Assembly (NCBI GenBank): GCA_048013815.1
Contig: CM106585.1
Location: 7,626,001-7,690,000 of the forward strand
Origin: Setoptus koraiensis
Lineage: Eukaryota > Animalia > Arthropoda
Direction of reading: 5' to 3'
DNA: 64,000 nucleotides
The notes beneath the pieces were generated by a model that saw nothing but the letters and a program-made list of their open reading frames with translations, ran no database searches and had not been told where the DNA came from. Both the position numbers and the translations under genes were made by a program. This document shows, piece by piece, positions 36,401 through 49,700 of the stretch (its first letter is position 1; each line of letters opens with the position of its first letter).

Positions 36401-39400
36401 ATGGCCAAAGTTAATTCTAGATTTGAACGTTCATGCATTACTTATGTTGTGACTTTTGTGTATGTCCTATCATCAATTGTGATATTAGCAACAACAGCAG
36501 CAACAGCAACAAATGATGTAACTAAAGCAATATCGGGCCCCCAATATACGGTGGTGGCTCTCAAAAAGCTGCGGCCAAACGATGTCTACCCAATAAGTGT
36601 AACAACGAACAACATAGATCAGATAGTTGAGTTCACTGTCAGTATTACTGGTGGCCGTGACTCTAATAGAGAACAAAGCAAGGAGGTGTCGTTTAATGTG
36701 GAACCGAACAGGACAGAGCATGTGAGTATTAAAATAGATGATTGGCCCTCATTGAAATACACACTGACAATCATGGGTAGGTCGGTGCAAGACGATGGAC
36801 GCACGCTTAATATATCGCATGAGATAAATTTGCAATATGAGGCAAGAAGTTTTCTTGCGTTCATACAATCAGACAAGGCCATATATAGAGCAGGAGAAAG
36901 AATTCAATTTAGAACAATCTTCGTGACGACCTCGTTGAGGCCAAAAATAATCAAACAAAATGTCAGCATTACAATAGAGGACTCTAAACAGAATATAATA
37001 AAACATTGGACAAAATTGTCAACAACAAAGCATGGAATAATAGGCGAACAGTTACAATTGTCCGAGCACGCAAATTTAGGCGACTGGACAATAATTGTTG
37101 AGGTCAACGATGAACAAGTGGCGAGAAAGCAAGTGCGCCTGGCCGAATACACTCTGCCCAAATTCTCTGTCGATGTCAAGCTACCAAAATATGCCACCTA
37201 CAACAAGTCCAGCATTGTGGCCAATGTCAAAGCCACCTATACCTACGGGAAACCTGTACAAGGTCAGGTGACGCTAACGGTGCAACCGTTGGTTCGTTTC
37301 AGCAACATTAGTGCCAGGCCGTTGAATCAGTTACAATATAAGGCAAAATTAACTGATGGTTACGCAAGTATTCCAGTTGACATAGTGAAAGATTTGTCAT
37401 TGGAACGAGATGACTTTGAGCGAGAAATTGAATTCTTTGCCCTCGTCCAAGAGGAACTAACTGGACACAAATACAACAAGAGCGAAGTGATGAAAATCTA
37501 TAATAAAGACATCAAGATACAGCTCATAAAAACGAGTGACACCTTCAAGCCGGGTCTCAATTATCCGCTATTGTTGAAGGTGGCCCATCAAGACAACACG
37601 CCAGTAGAGGACAACGGGGCCGGCGTTAAGTTGAGATATCACTACAGGAACTCAGATCAAGATTCGGCTATTGTGCAATTAAAATTGAGAAAGGGTCTGG
37701 CCGGGCACACGTTGAGCGTGCCGAGCAAGGTAAATTTTAAGAGCAGTCCGGGTAATTTCACACCATTCAGTTTGAATTTGGTGGCCGAATACAACAATCA
37801 AATCTATTCATTAGAGGAGATAATTAAATCAGAGTCGCCCAGTGACAACTTTATGCAAATAACTCACACAAGTCGCAACGATAACCAACTGATTGACCCC
37901 ACCGACAGTGGCGTCAACGTGGGCGACGATGAAGAGTTCACAATTCAGTCTACCGAGCCAATGCAACAGGTTATTGTTGAGATAATAGCCAGAGGAACCA
38001 TCGTGTATCACACAATTGTTGATGGTCGCGGCAAACGAGAGACCTCATTCCGAGTGACAATCACACAGTCGATGTTGCCAACAGCGAGAATAGTTTGCTA
38101 TTATATGCGCTCGCAAAACAGAGAGATTGTGGCCGACGCAATTAATTTGTCGGTGTTAGGAGTGTTCAAGACAGACGTCAGAATAGCAACAAGTGAGCAA
38201 GTTTTGGAGCCCGGAAAACCGATTGAGATCGATGTCAGAACGAAGCCCAGATCTTTTGTGGGCATATCGGTGATAGATCAGAGTGTTTTACTGCTCAGAT
38301 CGGGCAACGACATCACCAAGGGCGATGTGCTCAAACAAATGAAGCAAGCCTACGAGGGCACCCACGACGGCCGTCTGTCGTCGTTCAGTGCCAAGAGTAT
38401 ATTTGACGACTCCAATTTGATTGTTATAACAAACGGCATTTTGTACGATGGCCCTGAGACGCGCGAGGGCAAACTACTGAGTTGGCAGGGCGGTTTGGGC
38501 ACAACGTCGGGCAGCAAGGCACCCAAAAATGGTTTTATCGCGTTGGATCAATTAATTTTAGAGGACAGACTGTTGGCGCCCGAGTTTCACATTGACCGTC
38601 CGCCATCGGATAGCATCACCATCCGGCAGATGTTTCCCGAGACGTGGCTGTGGGCCAATTCAACGTCGGACAGCGACGGCGTTGCCCGATTCAAGAGTCA
38701 GACACCGGACACTATTACGTCGTGGTCAATTAGCGCCATTAGCATCAACGATTTAGAGGGTTTAGGTCTGGTGGACAGGCCGGCGAAATTGAACGTCTTT
38801 AAGCAGTTCTTCATCCGGCTCAATATGGCCCCGTCGATAATCAAGGGCGAGACAATGAGAATCCAGGCCATCATACACAATTATTCGAAGCGTTCCACTA
38901 GGGCCGTTGTTAGCCTGGACAACAGAAACGGTGACTTTGAGTTTGTGGAGGCGGCCAATGTTGTGGAGGACGAGAAACGGTCCCAGGACCAACAGCAAGT
39001 GGTGAGGATCGAGATAGGCGCCGAAGAGGGCAAGGCAGTGTCGTTTTTGGTGACACCAAAAAAGTTGGGCCACTTAGATGTGACAGTGAGGGCGCAAGCG
39101 GAGCGATTCAGCGACGCAATACGCGAAACTGTCCTCGTCAAGCCAGAGGGTCAAACGCAATATTTCAACAAGGCCATACTGGTGGCAGTGGACAATAGCA
39201 ATAGTAACACCAATAATAATAATAATAACAACGGCAATAATGACAGCAATGACAGTGCTGCGGGCAGCTACAAGAACAATGTGACCATAGATGTTCCTGC
39301 CAATGCCGTGGCCAATTCAACGAGGGTTCAACTTTCGGCCGTGGGTGACATTATGAGCTTCAGTCTGAACAATTTAGACAGCGACTCGTTGTTGCGGTTG

Positions 39401-41562
39401 CCCATCGACGGCGGCGAACAGAACACCATGCGATTGCTGGCCAATTACATAAGTTACGACTATTTATTGCGCTCGACAAACACAGACAAATCCACAAGAG
39501 ATTATTTGCGACGCCAAGACAAAATATTGCGCAACATTGAGAACGGATATCAGCAACAGCTCACCTACAAGCGCCAAGATGGCTCATTCAGCGAGTTCGG
39601 CGACAAAGACAAACACGGCAGTACCTGGCTGACGGCCTACGTGTTGAGGGCACTGTCTCAGGTGAAGGATGTCATAACGGTGGACAGAGCGGTTATGCAG
39701 CGCGCCGTGGCCTATTTGGCGGACCGTCAACAAACGGACGGATCGTTCGAGGAGCTGGGCCAGATGCACAATGGCGATCTGAGGCCCGTGGCGTCGTCGT
39801 CGCGCCAACCGGAACGCGAGCCAACAACATCCATTTATTTGACTGCCTATGTTCTCATAGCGCTCATACACAACAAAGACCTGGCACAAAAGCCAGAGAT
39901 TTCGCTGGTGCCCATAAGGGATATTTTGGACAAAGGCTTGAAAAATCTGCAACAACAAATCGACACCAGCAACGATCCGTTTGAGCTGGCCATCGTTAGT
40001 TACGTGATGCAATTGGCGTCCAACAACGACATTGCAACGGGCAATTGGCACGACAACCAAGACTCTATTATCTATTCACGACTCAAACAGGTGGCCAAAC
40101 AAACTGACCAGTTCACCTGGTGGCAGTCAGCGACGGCAGCCATAGGAACTAGCACGGGTCAACTGGATCAACGTCATCAGTCGAGGCCGGTGAGTGGGCC
40201 GAGTGACTCGCTGGAGCGCGAGTTTGACTTCACTTCATCATCGTCATCGACGAGCCAAAATCACGACCACCAAGTGCCGCCACTGAAACCGCTTGCAGTG
40301 ACCACAAAACACTCTGAGCATTTGTTTGTGCCGGACAGTGTCGCTGTCGAGATGACCTCTTACGCACTAATAGCCATTCTGTCCAGACAAAAGCCCGAAC
40401 TGGATTATGCACTTCCGGTTGTTCGTTGGCTTGTGTCGCAACAAAATTCACACGGCGGCTTTGCATCGACACAAGACACAGTTTTAGCGCTTGAGGCCCT
40501 CAGTAAATATCAGTTAATGGCTGACAATGGTGCCAACAATAACAAGGCCACCTCTTTGGACATTGATTTCAGTTATGCCAATCCGGACAAGGACCCCAAG
40601 CGTCTTCAGTTGAGGCCCGTTGTTTTCGATCAGATGCTGGTGAAAAAATCCAACAGTTTGGTGCATCAAACCAAAGAGCTACCCAACAACGCCACATGGG
40701 TGAACATTGAGGCCACTGGACACGGCTCGGCAGTGCTGCAGCTATCGTGGCAATACAATCTGTTGGTGTCCGCCGAGGCGCCCAGTTTCTTTTTGAATCC
40801 TCAATTGGACAAATCATCCACTGAACACTATCTGCAATTGAGCATTTGTAGCTATTACAAGGCTGGCGAAAGCTCAAACATGGCCGTCATGGAGATAGAT
40901 CTGCCCTCGGGCTATGTGGCCGAAGTGGAGGCTCTGCCCAGCATAACACGAACCAAACACATCAAACAGATTTATTTGTCGCAACAAGACACCCATTTGT
41001 CTGTCTATTTCGACAAGGTGAGTAGTGACAGTAACACGTTATCTTATCCTTATTATCATTGAATTCCGGACGATTATCTAATGTCGCTCTCGTCTATCTT
41101 CGTCCCATCTGGCAACCCCCCGCCCCCCCGCACCGCCAACTGGATAAACAGATGACACGAGAGGAGATTTGTTTCACTGTACCCGCACACAGGAACTCAT
41201 TTGTGGCCAACAACAAGCAAGTTGCTGTCACCATTTACGATTATTACAATCGTCACAAAGCGGCCAGGATATTCTATGAGCCTCACATGTTGAGCACTTG
41301 TGAGATTTGTGATAAAAAGGATTGCGGAACACAATGCGCCAAGGTGAGAAGGAGCTCAAAGCTACTGGATGGCGATGACAATCGCAAGACCAACGACAAA
41401 ATCAATGGACAGACAAACAACGGCGCAGCTACCAGCAAATTTGGCCAACGGGCGACCATCACAACATTCAACTATTGGACAAGCCTGTTGGTTGTTGTTG
41501 TTGCCAGTTGTTGCTATCAATCAATTATGTCGACAGTCCTTCACACAATGTCATTCATTTAG
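36401..41562 (+). CDS. Thioester-protein family member (alpha-2-macroglobulin/CD109-like TEP) without the thioester Cys; 2 exons, ~1675 aa
   Basis: Exon 1 is 36401-41017 with donor AAG|GTGAGT. The intron is 41018-41151. Exon 2 is 41152-41562, phase 0. It has an N-terminal signal peptide, FIQSDKAIYRAGE, FPETWLW, TPDTITSW, DGSFSEFG, STWLTAYV, GGFASTQDTVLALEAL, MAVMEIDLPSGY and IYDYY, and a hydrophobic C-terminal tail. The thioester position reads PIDGGEQ. Confidence 0.92.
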
Positions 41563-41850
41563 ACACTTTTGACATTGTCTATCAATTTGTTGTCTATCAA
41601 TTGATTTAATCCTGAATTATTGAATCATCTCGAACATAAATGTTGCAATTATCTGATAACAATCACAGACAGACGATAGATCACGTAACAGACTAATACT
41701 CTCTCAAAACCCAATTCATGTAAGCCAAAAGAAATAAATTAATAACACAAACGATATCAGTGCCCACGATATAGTTAGCATATTTGTGTCAATACATTGC
41801 TCAGAATGTTTTTTCCTCGTCGATCTAACTTGGGAGACACTTCCTGTGAG
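41192..41850 (+). repeat. TEP 3' tail (most of last exon, 3' UTR, AATAAA at 41733); direct-repeat partner at 46105-46785
   Basis: Alignable by eye from ggaactcatttgtggcc to acttcctgtga, with scattered substitutions and indels. Confidence 0.92.
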
Positions 41851-42812
41851 AGGCCCCCTGTGTTTGTGTCTACGATTGACTAGTATTGTAGCTGCAACTG
41901 CACATTGATTAGCTATTATTGTCATTTGCTTGTCTGACGATATATGATTGTCATGCTGCTTATACTGTGGTCGTTGATGCCGTCCTTGTCTCATAATTAA
42001 TTCCATTAGAAGAAAATGATGATAATAATGTTATCATCGTGATGGTTGTCGTCGTCTCAACTTGCATTTGCTTACGCTCTCTTGAACGTTATCACCGTCA
42101 CAACTACTATCACACTTCTATTGCTACTTCACAGATAATTATGTACGAATATGGAGTTCTTAGATAATCCAACTAATACTAACTACTAAGTGCAGTAAAT
42201 TAGCAACTGAAATCGGAAAAGCATGGTATTGTGGCAGCTACATTGGCGTCTAGGCAACAGCATCAGCTCGTGATTATTATTTTTATTAGTAGTATGAGCA
42301 ATAATGTTCATTGCAGACAATTATCGTTTATCATTATTATCATACCAACAATTACTAACGTTGCACCCAGGTCACAATGAGGATACTGTTATCAAGATGA
42401 TGCCGATTCTTGCTATGATTGTCACATGCATGCAATCGAATAATATTCTCTCAAACCGATAGAATCATCATTAAAAGATAGACGGACCGATCAGGAGATC
42501 AGCATTAATTGAATTCCGACTATTAATATTAAAAATACTATTATTATCGTCACTGATACCATACCAAAATATTATTATTTTTGTTACTAACACTTTAATA
42601 CACGTTAAAAGCGAGTATTATTGGTGACAATCCGGCAGCAACAAGCGCAGCAACACTGCTTGATCAAGGTGCAACAAGACTCCGCCATCGAGCAAAATAA
42701 ATCGATCCAAATATATGCACAACTGGTGGCCTTTTCAATCAATTAATCAATCCCCTTTTTTGATTCTAATTAATCGCAAACTGCAGTGAGCTACGTGTAG
42801 TACTTCTCCATC

Positions 42813-45800
42813 ATGGCGACAGTATTGGCGTCTTCAATAATAAGAGAGAGCTCGGACATTGAGAGCTTGCTGTCTCTGAATCCAAAGTCGCGAGGCTATG
42901 CAAGTGTTGTGCCCACGGTGCAGACTAAGGTGGCTAAAAAACATTGGAAAAGAAACCAGGATAAGGGCTCGAGCGTTGTTAAAAAAGAGTTAATTGTAGC
43001 CAATTTCGACGACATAAAACATACGACATTGAGCGAAAGAGCCGCTCTCAAGGAGGCATCTAGGTGCCTGAAATGTGCCGATGCACCGTGCTCCAAGAGT
43101 TGTCCCACCCAAATTGACGTGAAAGCTTTTATTAGCATGATATCTAGCAAAAATTATTATGGTGCCGCAAAGATTATTCTCTCGGACAATCCGCTTGGCT
43201 TGACCTGTGGAATGGTGTGTCCCACTAGCGATTTGTGCGTCGGTGGCTGTAATTTGTATGCAAGCGAAGAGGGGCCCATCAATATTGGCGGTTTGCAACA
43301 ATTTGCCGTAGAGATGTTCAAGCTAATGAATTTGCCCCAGGTGAGATCGCCTCAGGTGCAGGCTCTAGTGGACGAGGGACCCGAAGAGTTGAAGCAAGCC
43401 TTCAGAGCGCCCATCGCCCTGTTGGGCTGCGGTCCGGCCAGCATAAGTTGTGCAACTTTTCTGGCGCGATTAGGTTACCAAAACCTGACCATATACGAGA
43501 AGAACGGCTTTGGCGGTGGCCTGTCGCTCACCGAGATACCCCAGTACCGGCTACCGTACAATGTGGTGGATTTCGAGATACAATTCATGCAGGATCTAGG
43601 CGTTCAAATTAAATACAACAGCCCGTTGAGTGCCAAGTCGCAATTGACAATTGACAATCTGCTACACAGAGACAAATATGAGGCCGTGTTTGTGGGAGTG
43701 GGCAAGCCCCAACCTAAGATAGCGTCCACATTTCGCCACTTGACCAAAGAGAACAGATTTTTCACCTCGAAAGAGTTTCTGCCTTTGGTGTCACAAGCGA
43801 GCAAGTCCAATTTCGAGCTTCGCACGGCCAGCTCGGCATGCGGCGCCAGAAAACAAAACGGCGCTGGCTGCTGTAAATCGTCGTCGCCAGCAACAGGTTG
43901 TTGCGCTGCGATAAAGCTCAATGTCAATGTGAATCAATTGCCAAAATTGTACGGCCGAGTCATAGTGCTGGGCTGTGGCGACACAGCCTTCGATTGTGCC
44001 ACCTCGGCAATCAGATGCGGCGCCACCAAGGTTTTCGTTTGTTTTCGGCGAGGATTTAGCCACATACGGGCCGTGCCAGAGGAAATGAGTTTGGCCATAG
44101 AGGAGAAGTGCGAATTCATGCCATTTATGACGCCCAAAGAGGTTATTTTGTCTGGCGACGGCAAAATAGTTGCAATGGACTTTTACAAGACAGAGCTGAC
44201 GGACGACGCGTCGGACAGAGTGACAATAGACGAAAATCAAATTATTAGATTGCGCGTGGACTTTATAATATCGGCCTTCGGGTCACAATTGGACGATCCC
44301 GACATGCTGGCCGCACTCAGGCCCATCAAGCTGGACGACGAGACGGGCATTCCCGTTATCGATGCGCACACAATGATGAGCTCGCAGCCGGGCGTCTTTT
44401 GCGGGGGCGATCTGTCTGGGCACACCGAGACAACAGTGGAGGCCGTCAACGATGGCAAGACGGCCGCTTGGAATATCCACAAGTATATCCAGGCTAAGCG
44501 TCAGGTGAAATTGCCGCTAGAGGTGGCAAACTTGATGCCGCAATCGTTGCCCATCATGTACACGCCCGTCGACATGATCGACATAAGCGTTGAGGTGTGC
44601 GGCATAAAATTTGAAAATCCCTTCGGTCTTGCCAGCGCACCACCGACCACTAGCTCGGCGATGATTAGGCGCGCCTTTGAGGCGGGCTGGGGCTTCGCCG
44701 TAACGAAAACGTTTGCCCTAGACAAGGACAATGTCACCAATGTGTCGCCGCGCATAGTCCGCGGCACCACCTCGGGCCACAGCTACGGGCCGGGCCAGGG
44801 CAGCTTTTTGAACATAGAGCTAATTAGCGAAAAGTCGTGCCAATATTGGCTGACCAGCATCAGAGAACTGAAGAAGGTGCATCCGACAAAGGTGCTCATA
44901 GCGAGCATTATGTGCGGCTTCGTAGAACAGGACTGGAAAGAATTGGCAAGCCGGGCCCAAGAGTCGGGCGCCGACGCCCTAGAATTGAATTTGTCCTGTC
45001 CGCACGGAATGGGCGAGAAGGGCATGGGTCTGGCCTGTGGCCAGAAGCCCGAGTTAGTGCGCCAGATATGCGCCTGGGTGCGCTCTGTCACAACCGTACC
45101 CTTCTTCGCCAAGCTCACGCCAAATGTCACCAACATCGACGCCATTGCCCGGGCGGCTTACGAGGGCAAAGCCGACGGAGTCACCGCCATCAACACAGTG
45201 TCGGGCCTCATGACCATCGGGCCGGACGGTCGGCCCTGGCCAGCGGTGGGCCACGAGGCCAAAACTACATACGGCGGTGTGTCGGGTAACGCCATTCGGC
45301 CGCTCGCCCTCAGAGGTGTCGCCTCGGTGGCCAAGGCACTGCCCGGATTTCCTATTTTGGCCACCGGTGGCATTGATTCGGCCGAGACTGCGCTCCAGTT
45401 TATATATGCGGGTGCCAGTTGTGTTCAAGTGTGCAGCGCTGTCCAAAATCAAGATTTTTCCGTCGTTAGCGATTACATTTCCGGTTTGAAGGCGCTATTG
45501 TATTTGCGCGCCTCAAAGCAATCACACAAATGGCTTGGACAGTCGCTGAGCAAACTGCCCAAACATCAGAAGGGGCGCCCTGTGTTGCCCGTAGAGGGCG
45601 ACTTGCCCTTCTTCGGTCACTACAAGGAGCAGCGTGAATTGTTGATGTTGGAGGCTCGCAAGAAACAACTAGCAGCAACTGACGCTCATCCCATTCCAAA
45701 CGAACAACAAAACATTGAGCCCGTGAATACATTGGTGGAAAATAAACGCCTCAAGGATTATATTGGTCTGAGCAATAGTCGTATCGGACCATATAAGGAG

Positions 45801-46070
45801 CTGGACAATCGCCAGCAAGTGGTGGCAGTGATAGACAACGATATGTGTATCAATTGTGGCAAATGCTATATGACTTGCAACGATTCCGGCTATCAAGCGA
45901 TTGAGTTTAATTCAGAGACCCACATACCTAAGGTCAACGATGATCATTGCACCGGTTGCACTTTGTGTGTCTCTGTTTGTCCCATAATTGATTGTATTCA
46001 GATGGTTGAGAGAAGCGGGCCACTGTACGAGCCAAACAGAGTGAAAATTATTGTTGACGACTGCAAATAA
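42813..46070 (+). CDS. DPYD: Dihydropyrimidine dehydrogenase (NADP+), intronless, 1085 aa
   Basis: [64 protein letters not shown], the catalytic loop LNLSCPHGM, and the C-terminal ferredoxin motifs [11 protein letters not shown] and [12 protein letters not shown]. Metazoan-type N-terminus. Confidence 0.98.
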   Translation: MATVLASSIIRESSDIESLLSLNPKSRGYASVVPTVQTKVAKKHWKRNQDKGSSVVKKELIVANFDDIKHTTLSERAALKEASRCLKCADAPCSKSCPTQIDVKAFISMISSKNYYGAAKIILSDNPLGLTCGMVCPTSDLCVGGCNLYASEEGPINIGGLQQFAVEMFKLMNLPQVRSPQVQALVDEGPEELKQAFRAPIALLGCGPASISCATFLARLGYQNLTIYEKNGFGGGLSLTEIPQYRLPYNVVDFEIQFMQDLGVQIKYNSPLSAKSQLTIDNLLHRDKYEAVFVGVGKPQPKIASTFRHLTKENRFFTSKEFLPLVSQASKSNFELRTASSACGARKQNGAGCCKSSSPATGCCAAIKLNVNVNQLPKLYGRVIVLGCGDTAFDCATSAIRCGATKVFVCFRRGFSHIRAVPEEMSLAIEEKCEFMPFMTPKEVILSGDGKIVAMDFYKTELTDDASDRVTIDENQIIRLRVDFIISAFGSQLDDPDMLAALRPIKLDDETGIPVIDAHTMMSSQPGVFCGGDLSGHTETTVEAVNDGKTAAWNIHKYIQAKRQVKLPLEVANLMPQSLPIMYTPVDMIDISVEVCGIKFENPFGLASAPPTTSSAMIRRAFEAGWGFAVTKTFALDKDNVTNVSPRIVRGTTSGHSYGPGQGSFLNIELISEKSCQYWLTSIRELKKVHPTKVLIASIMCGFVEQDWKELASRAQESGADALELNLSCPHGMGEKGMGLACGQKPELVRQICAWVRSVTTVPFFAKLTPNVTNIDAIARAAYEGKADGVTAINTVSGLMTIGPDGRPWPAVGHEAKTTYGGVSGNAIRPLALRGVASVAKALPGFPILATGGIDSAETALQFIYAGASCVQVCSAVQNQDFSVVSDYISGLKALLYLRASKQSHKWLGQSLSKLPKHQKGRPVLPVEGDLPFFGHYKEQRELLMLEARKKQLAATDAHPIPNEQQNIEPVNTLVENKRLKDYIGLSNSRIGPYKELDNRQQVVAVIDNDMCINCGKCYMTCNDSGYQAIEFNSETHIPKVNDDHCTGCTLCVSVCPIIDCIQMVERSGPLYEPNRVKIIVDDCK

Positions 46071-46104
46071 CAATAATAATCAATATTGCACCATCTTATA
46101 TACG

Positions 46105-46785
46105 GGAACTCATTTGTGGCCGACAACAAGCAAGTTGCTGTCACCATTTACGATTGTTACAATCGTCTCAAGGCAGCCAGGATATTCTATGATCCTCACA
46201 TGTTGACAACTTGTGAGATTTGTGATAAGAAAGATTGCGGAACACAATGCGCCAAGGTGAGCAGGAGCTCAAAGCTACTGGATGGCGATGACAATCGCAA
46301 GACCAACGACAAAATCAATGGACAGGCAAACCACAGCAAATCTAGCCAACGGGCGACCAACACAATATTCAACTATTGGACAAGCCTTCAAGTTGTTGTT
46401 GTTGTTGTTGCCAGTTGTTGTTATCAATCAATTATGTTGACAGTCCTTCACATAATGTCATTCATCTAGATAGCTTTGATGCTATCAATTTATTGTCTCT
46501 CAGTTGAGCTTATCAACCCTGAATTGAATTGTCGTGAATATGAATGTTGCAACTGATGACAATCACAAACAAATGATGAATCATCTTACAGACAAATACT
46601 CTCTCAAAACCAATTTCATGTTAGCCAAAAAGAAATAAATCAATAACACACAAATGATATCTAGCCAACGGCGACAATCCTCATAATATAGCTAGTGTAT
46701 TTGTGTCGACACATTGCTCAAAAGAGTACTCGCGTGGCAAATGTTTTTTCGTCATCGGTCCAACTTTGGTGATACTTCCTGTGAA
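46105..46785 (+). pseudogene. 5'-truncated duplicate of the TEP last exon plus 3' UTR, directly behind DPYD
   Basis: ORF 46086-46469 re-encodes NSFVADNKQVAVTIYDCY...MSFI*. It lacks the first 40 nt of the exon and the acceptor. YDYY has become YDCY. AATAAA is retained at 46634. Confidence 0.85.
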
Positions 46786-49700
46786 GGCACCCAATGAGCC
46801 CTGTTGTTACATAATGACTCTATAAAGATGAAACACCATCGACACTCAAAGCACACTTAATATAACGAAAGCGCGATTTGGCTAGTCTGTTGATTGCAAC
46901 AATTAATAATGATAGAACAAGATTACACTGACAGTCTCTACACCTCTATCCAGACTAGGTAGAGGTTAGTTGAGTTTCTCGAAATAATGATGATCTAGTA
47001 GATCAGATCCAAGATAAATCCTCCACTCACTCGCAATCATTTTCAGTTGAGCCTAAAAGGAAACTCATTGAAAGCACCAGATACACCGATTAGAAGTCTA
47101 CAGTCCTACAATTCGGTGTCAAGTTTATTTCTCCTCTCATAAACTCATATATAACTCATATATAAATGTTTATGTATATAACAGCAATGTTGTTTGTATA
47201 TTTTACGAGTTGATATTTATCAAAGGCAATGATGAGTATGTTTTATCTTGCCGTTGGTGATGCTGTTGTTGCCGATTCAATTGTTTGTCGGACAAACAGG
47301 CATAGACAATTTGTTGTTTATCATCAGTTATCAATTATTGAAACAATTATATTTGTTTACAAGTAGTAATAGCGTGATAAGGCAAGATTGTTTTTTGCCT
47401 AGATCTTTATTCAATTTGCAATGAATAAAAAGTATAAAAGCTTGCCAACATTTAGCCTTATTAAGACAGCTCATTGTGGTCGTTCATGTTGATGTAATTG
47501 ATATTATAGCTTGATATTAACAAGCCGCAATGGACTTGAAAATAACAACGATCAAGTGTACGATAAATCTTTGTTAGGGTACTCATATTATCAAACGACC
47601 AGAGAAAGATTATATGGCATTTTATGATAGATGCCATATCATGTTAGACCATATAGTATGGCGGAGCTAACTATTCACACTGATTTGTGTTAATAGTCAG
47701 ATTGTTATCCTAACTATGCTACGATGATATGATGCGATGATTTATCTTGTTGATATGCTATAATAGCTAAATACCGGGCACTAATGTTTGAACTATCATC
47801 TAGAAAGTCATCAATACAACTACATATTGGCGCGGGTATGTAATATTATTCCTAATGAAGGTCATCTGATTGCAAGATGACTCAGAGCTCGCTGCTTTTA
47901 ATCCACGACTCAATCTATGCTGTTCAAATGGTCACCAGTTTTTTAAGGATTTCTCGAACAAAATTGAAGTCAAATGCCAATACGAGTGGATCTATATGGA
48001 TTTGACAGGCCCAGTTGAGCATTGCAATTACCGATTTCTTCTAAACGCCTAATGCGTACGCGCGCGCTCTATAGGTAGACACAACCCTTTGCCTTCAATT
48101 ATCTTAAAAACTTGGCTGGCTTCGTAAAGACGACAAAAACAACTGGGTTAATGTTTAAACTAACCTACACGCTCACTGATACAATTTGGCATGTCTCTCT
48201 ACAGGGTGCCTAACATCAATGAATTAATACAATGCAAAGATAATCGTCGTCGTTGTCGTCGTCATTTAGCTCTGTAAAATATAGTTACGAGTTGGGAGCA
48301 ACTTAAGATTCTCAACTTGAGAAGTAACAACTGCCTGCGCACATCTTGACATGAATTAAGAGCTAGTGGACTTATAAATGAGATACTCATAGTTGAACCT
48401 GGCTTGCATCACAATCAATCGTGCAAAGTCTATCCAAGTTATCTAGCCAATCACGAATACATAGTGTGCGTATTGAATTAAGCAAATGACATAGGAAGTA
48501 AACATGAGGCTTGGCCTGTTGTTGTTGGTGCTGTTGCGCCAGAAGTGCGAGTTGTAAGACTACTATAAATTAATAATGGTGAGTGCCACATCTAGTTGCT
48601 AGATGTGGTTAGATTGCCTTTTGTTTACATATTTATCCCATATATTCATGTATAAATAACTATGTGCATGTTATATAGCTTCTTCCTAGATAGGTTGTGT
48701 ATCCTATAGAAAGAGATAAGAGCGTGCACAAGGTTGTAAGTTGAACAGCCCAAACGAACTGTTTCAGTGTTAGTGTCTTTACAAATAATGAGAGAGAATT
48801 ATTTTTATTTATCTCTCTAGACGATCCAGCGTACGCCTTGCTGGCTGTGGATCATTGACGGCTGTTGTTGTTTCCATTGCAACAGCAGCCATGTTGTTGT
48901 CGTTGTTGTTGCTGGCGCTGTTGCTGTTGCTGTTGATGGAAGTAGAGGTTGTGTAAGTCGCTTATCTTACGCCCTCGCAATGATAGTCGATGGATCACAT
49001 TGGCCAGATGTGGCGCTACATTTAGTTATATTATCAGAACTTGTGATTCACAAGTTTATAATATTACATGTATATCTAGTTGGTTTAATGTGCTTTGAGT
49101 CCCGTCATGGTGCAATACAGTGCGGTGTGCAGGGTTCGGCGGCAGTCTGTTGAGATATTGGTCGGATGTTTGAGTTGCTGTCGTTGAGACACAATTAGGC
49201 GCGCGCAATAAGAGAGAGACAAAGAGCGAGCGAACGAAAGGGAGAGCGGGCCATGCAATATGTTGAATTGATATATGAAAAGTTGAGTTTATGAGTAGCC
49301 GTTGTTGCCGATGTTATTGCTGTTGTTGCTGATGTTGTTGCTGTTGTTGCTGATGTTGTTGCTGTTGTTATTGCTGTTGTTGCTGTTGTTGTTGCTGATG
49401 TTGTTGTTGTTGTTTTCGTCACAGCGAGCGTGGCAGTCGTCTTGCTGCACGCTCGCCAGCCTCACTGTGCCATGCTAGGCCGTTCTATCATAGAACTTCC
49501 ATGGCACACCAATGCAGTATGCTGCTGCTGCTGCAATAGAGTGAGCGCCATCGAACTGCTACCATGGGTGAGCAATGGCGCGCCCGGCAGCACTGGCAGC
49601 GTTGCCAGCAGCGCGACCAGTGCGCGTCTTGGCGCACCGTCTTCAGCACTACTGTGTGCGCAGTGCGCACCGATCCCCGCCCTGCCGTCGGGACCTCTTT

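Noticed and set aside
36485-45896. Antisense ORFs inside TEP and DPYD
   Set aside because: These are expected shadows of long GC-balanced coding regions.
42813-46070. Horizontal transfer of intronless, GC-richer DPYD from bacteria
   Set aside because: It is a single-chain metazoan-type enzyme, whereas bacterial PreT/PreA are split. The neighbouring TEP has similar composition and other genes are intronless too.
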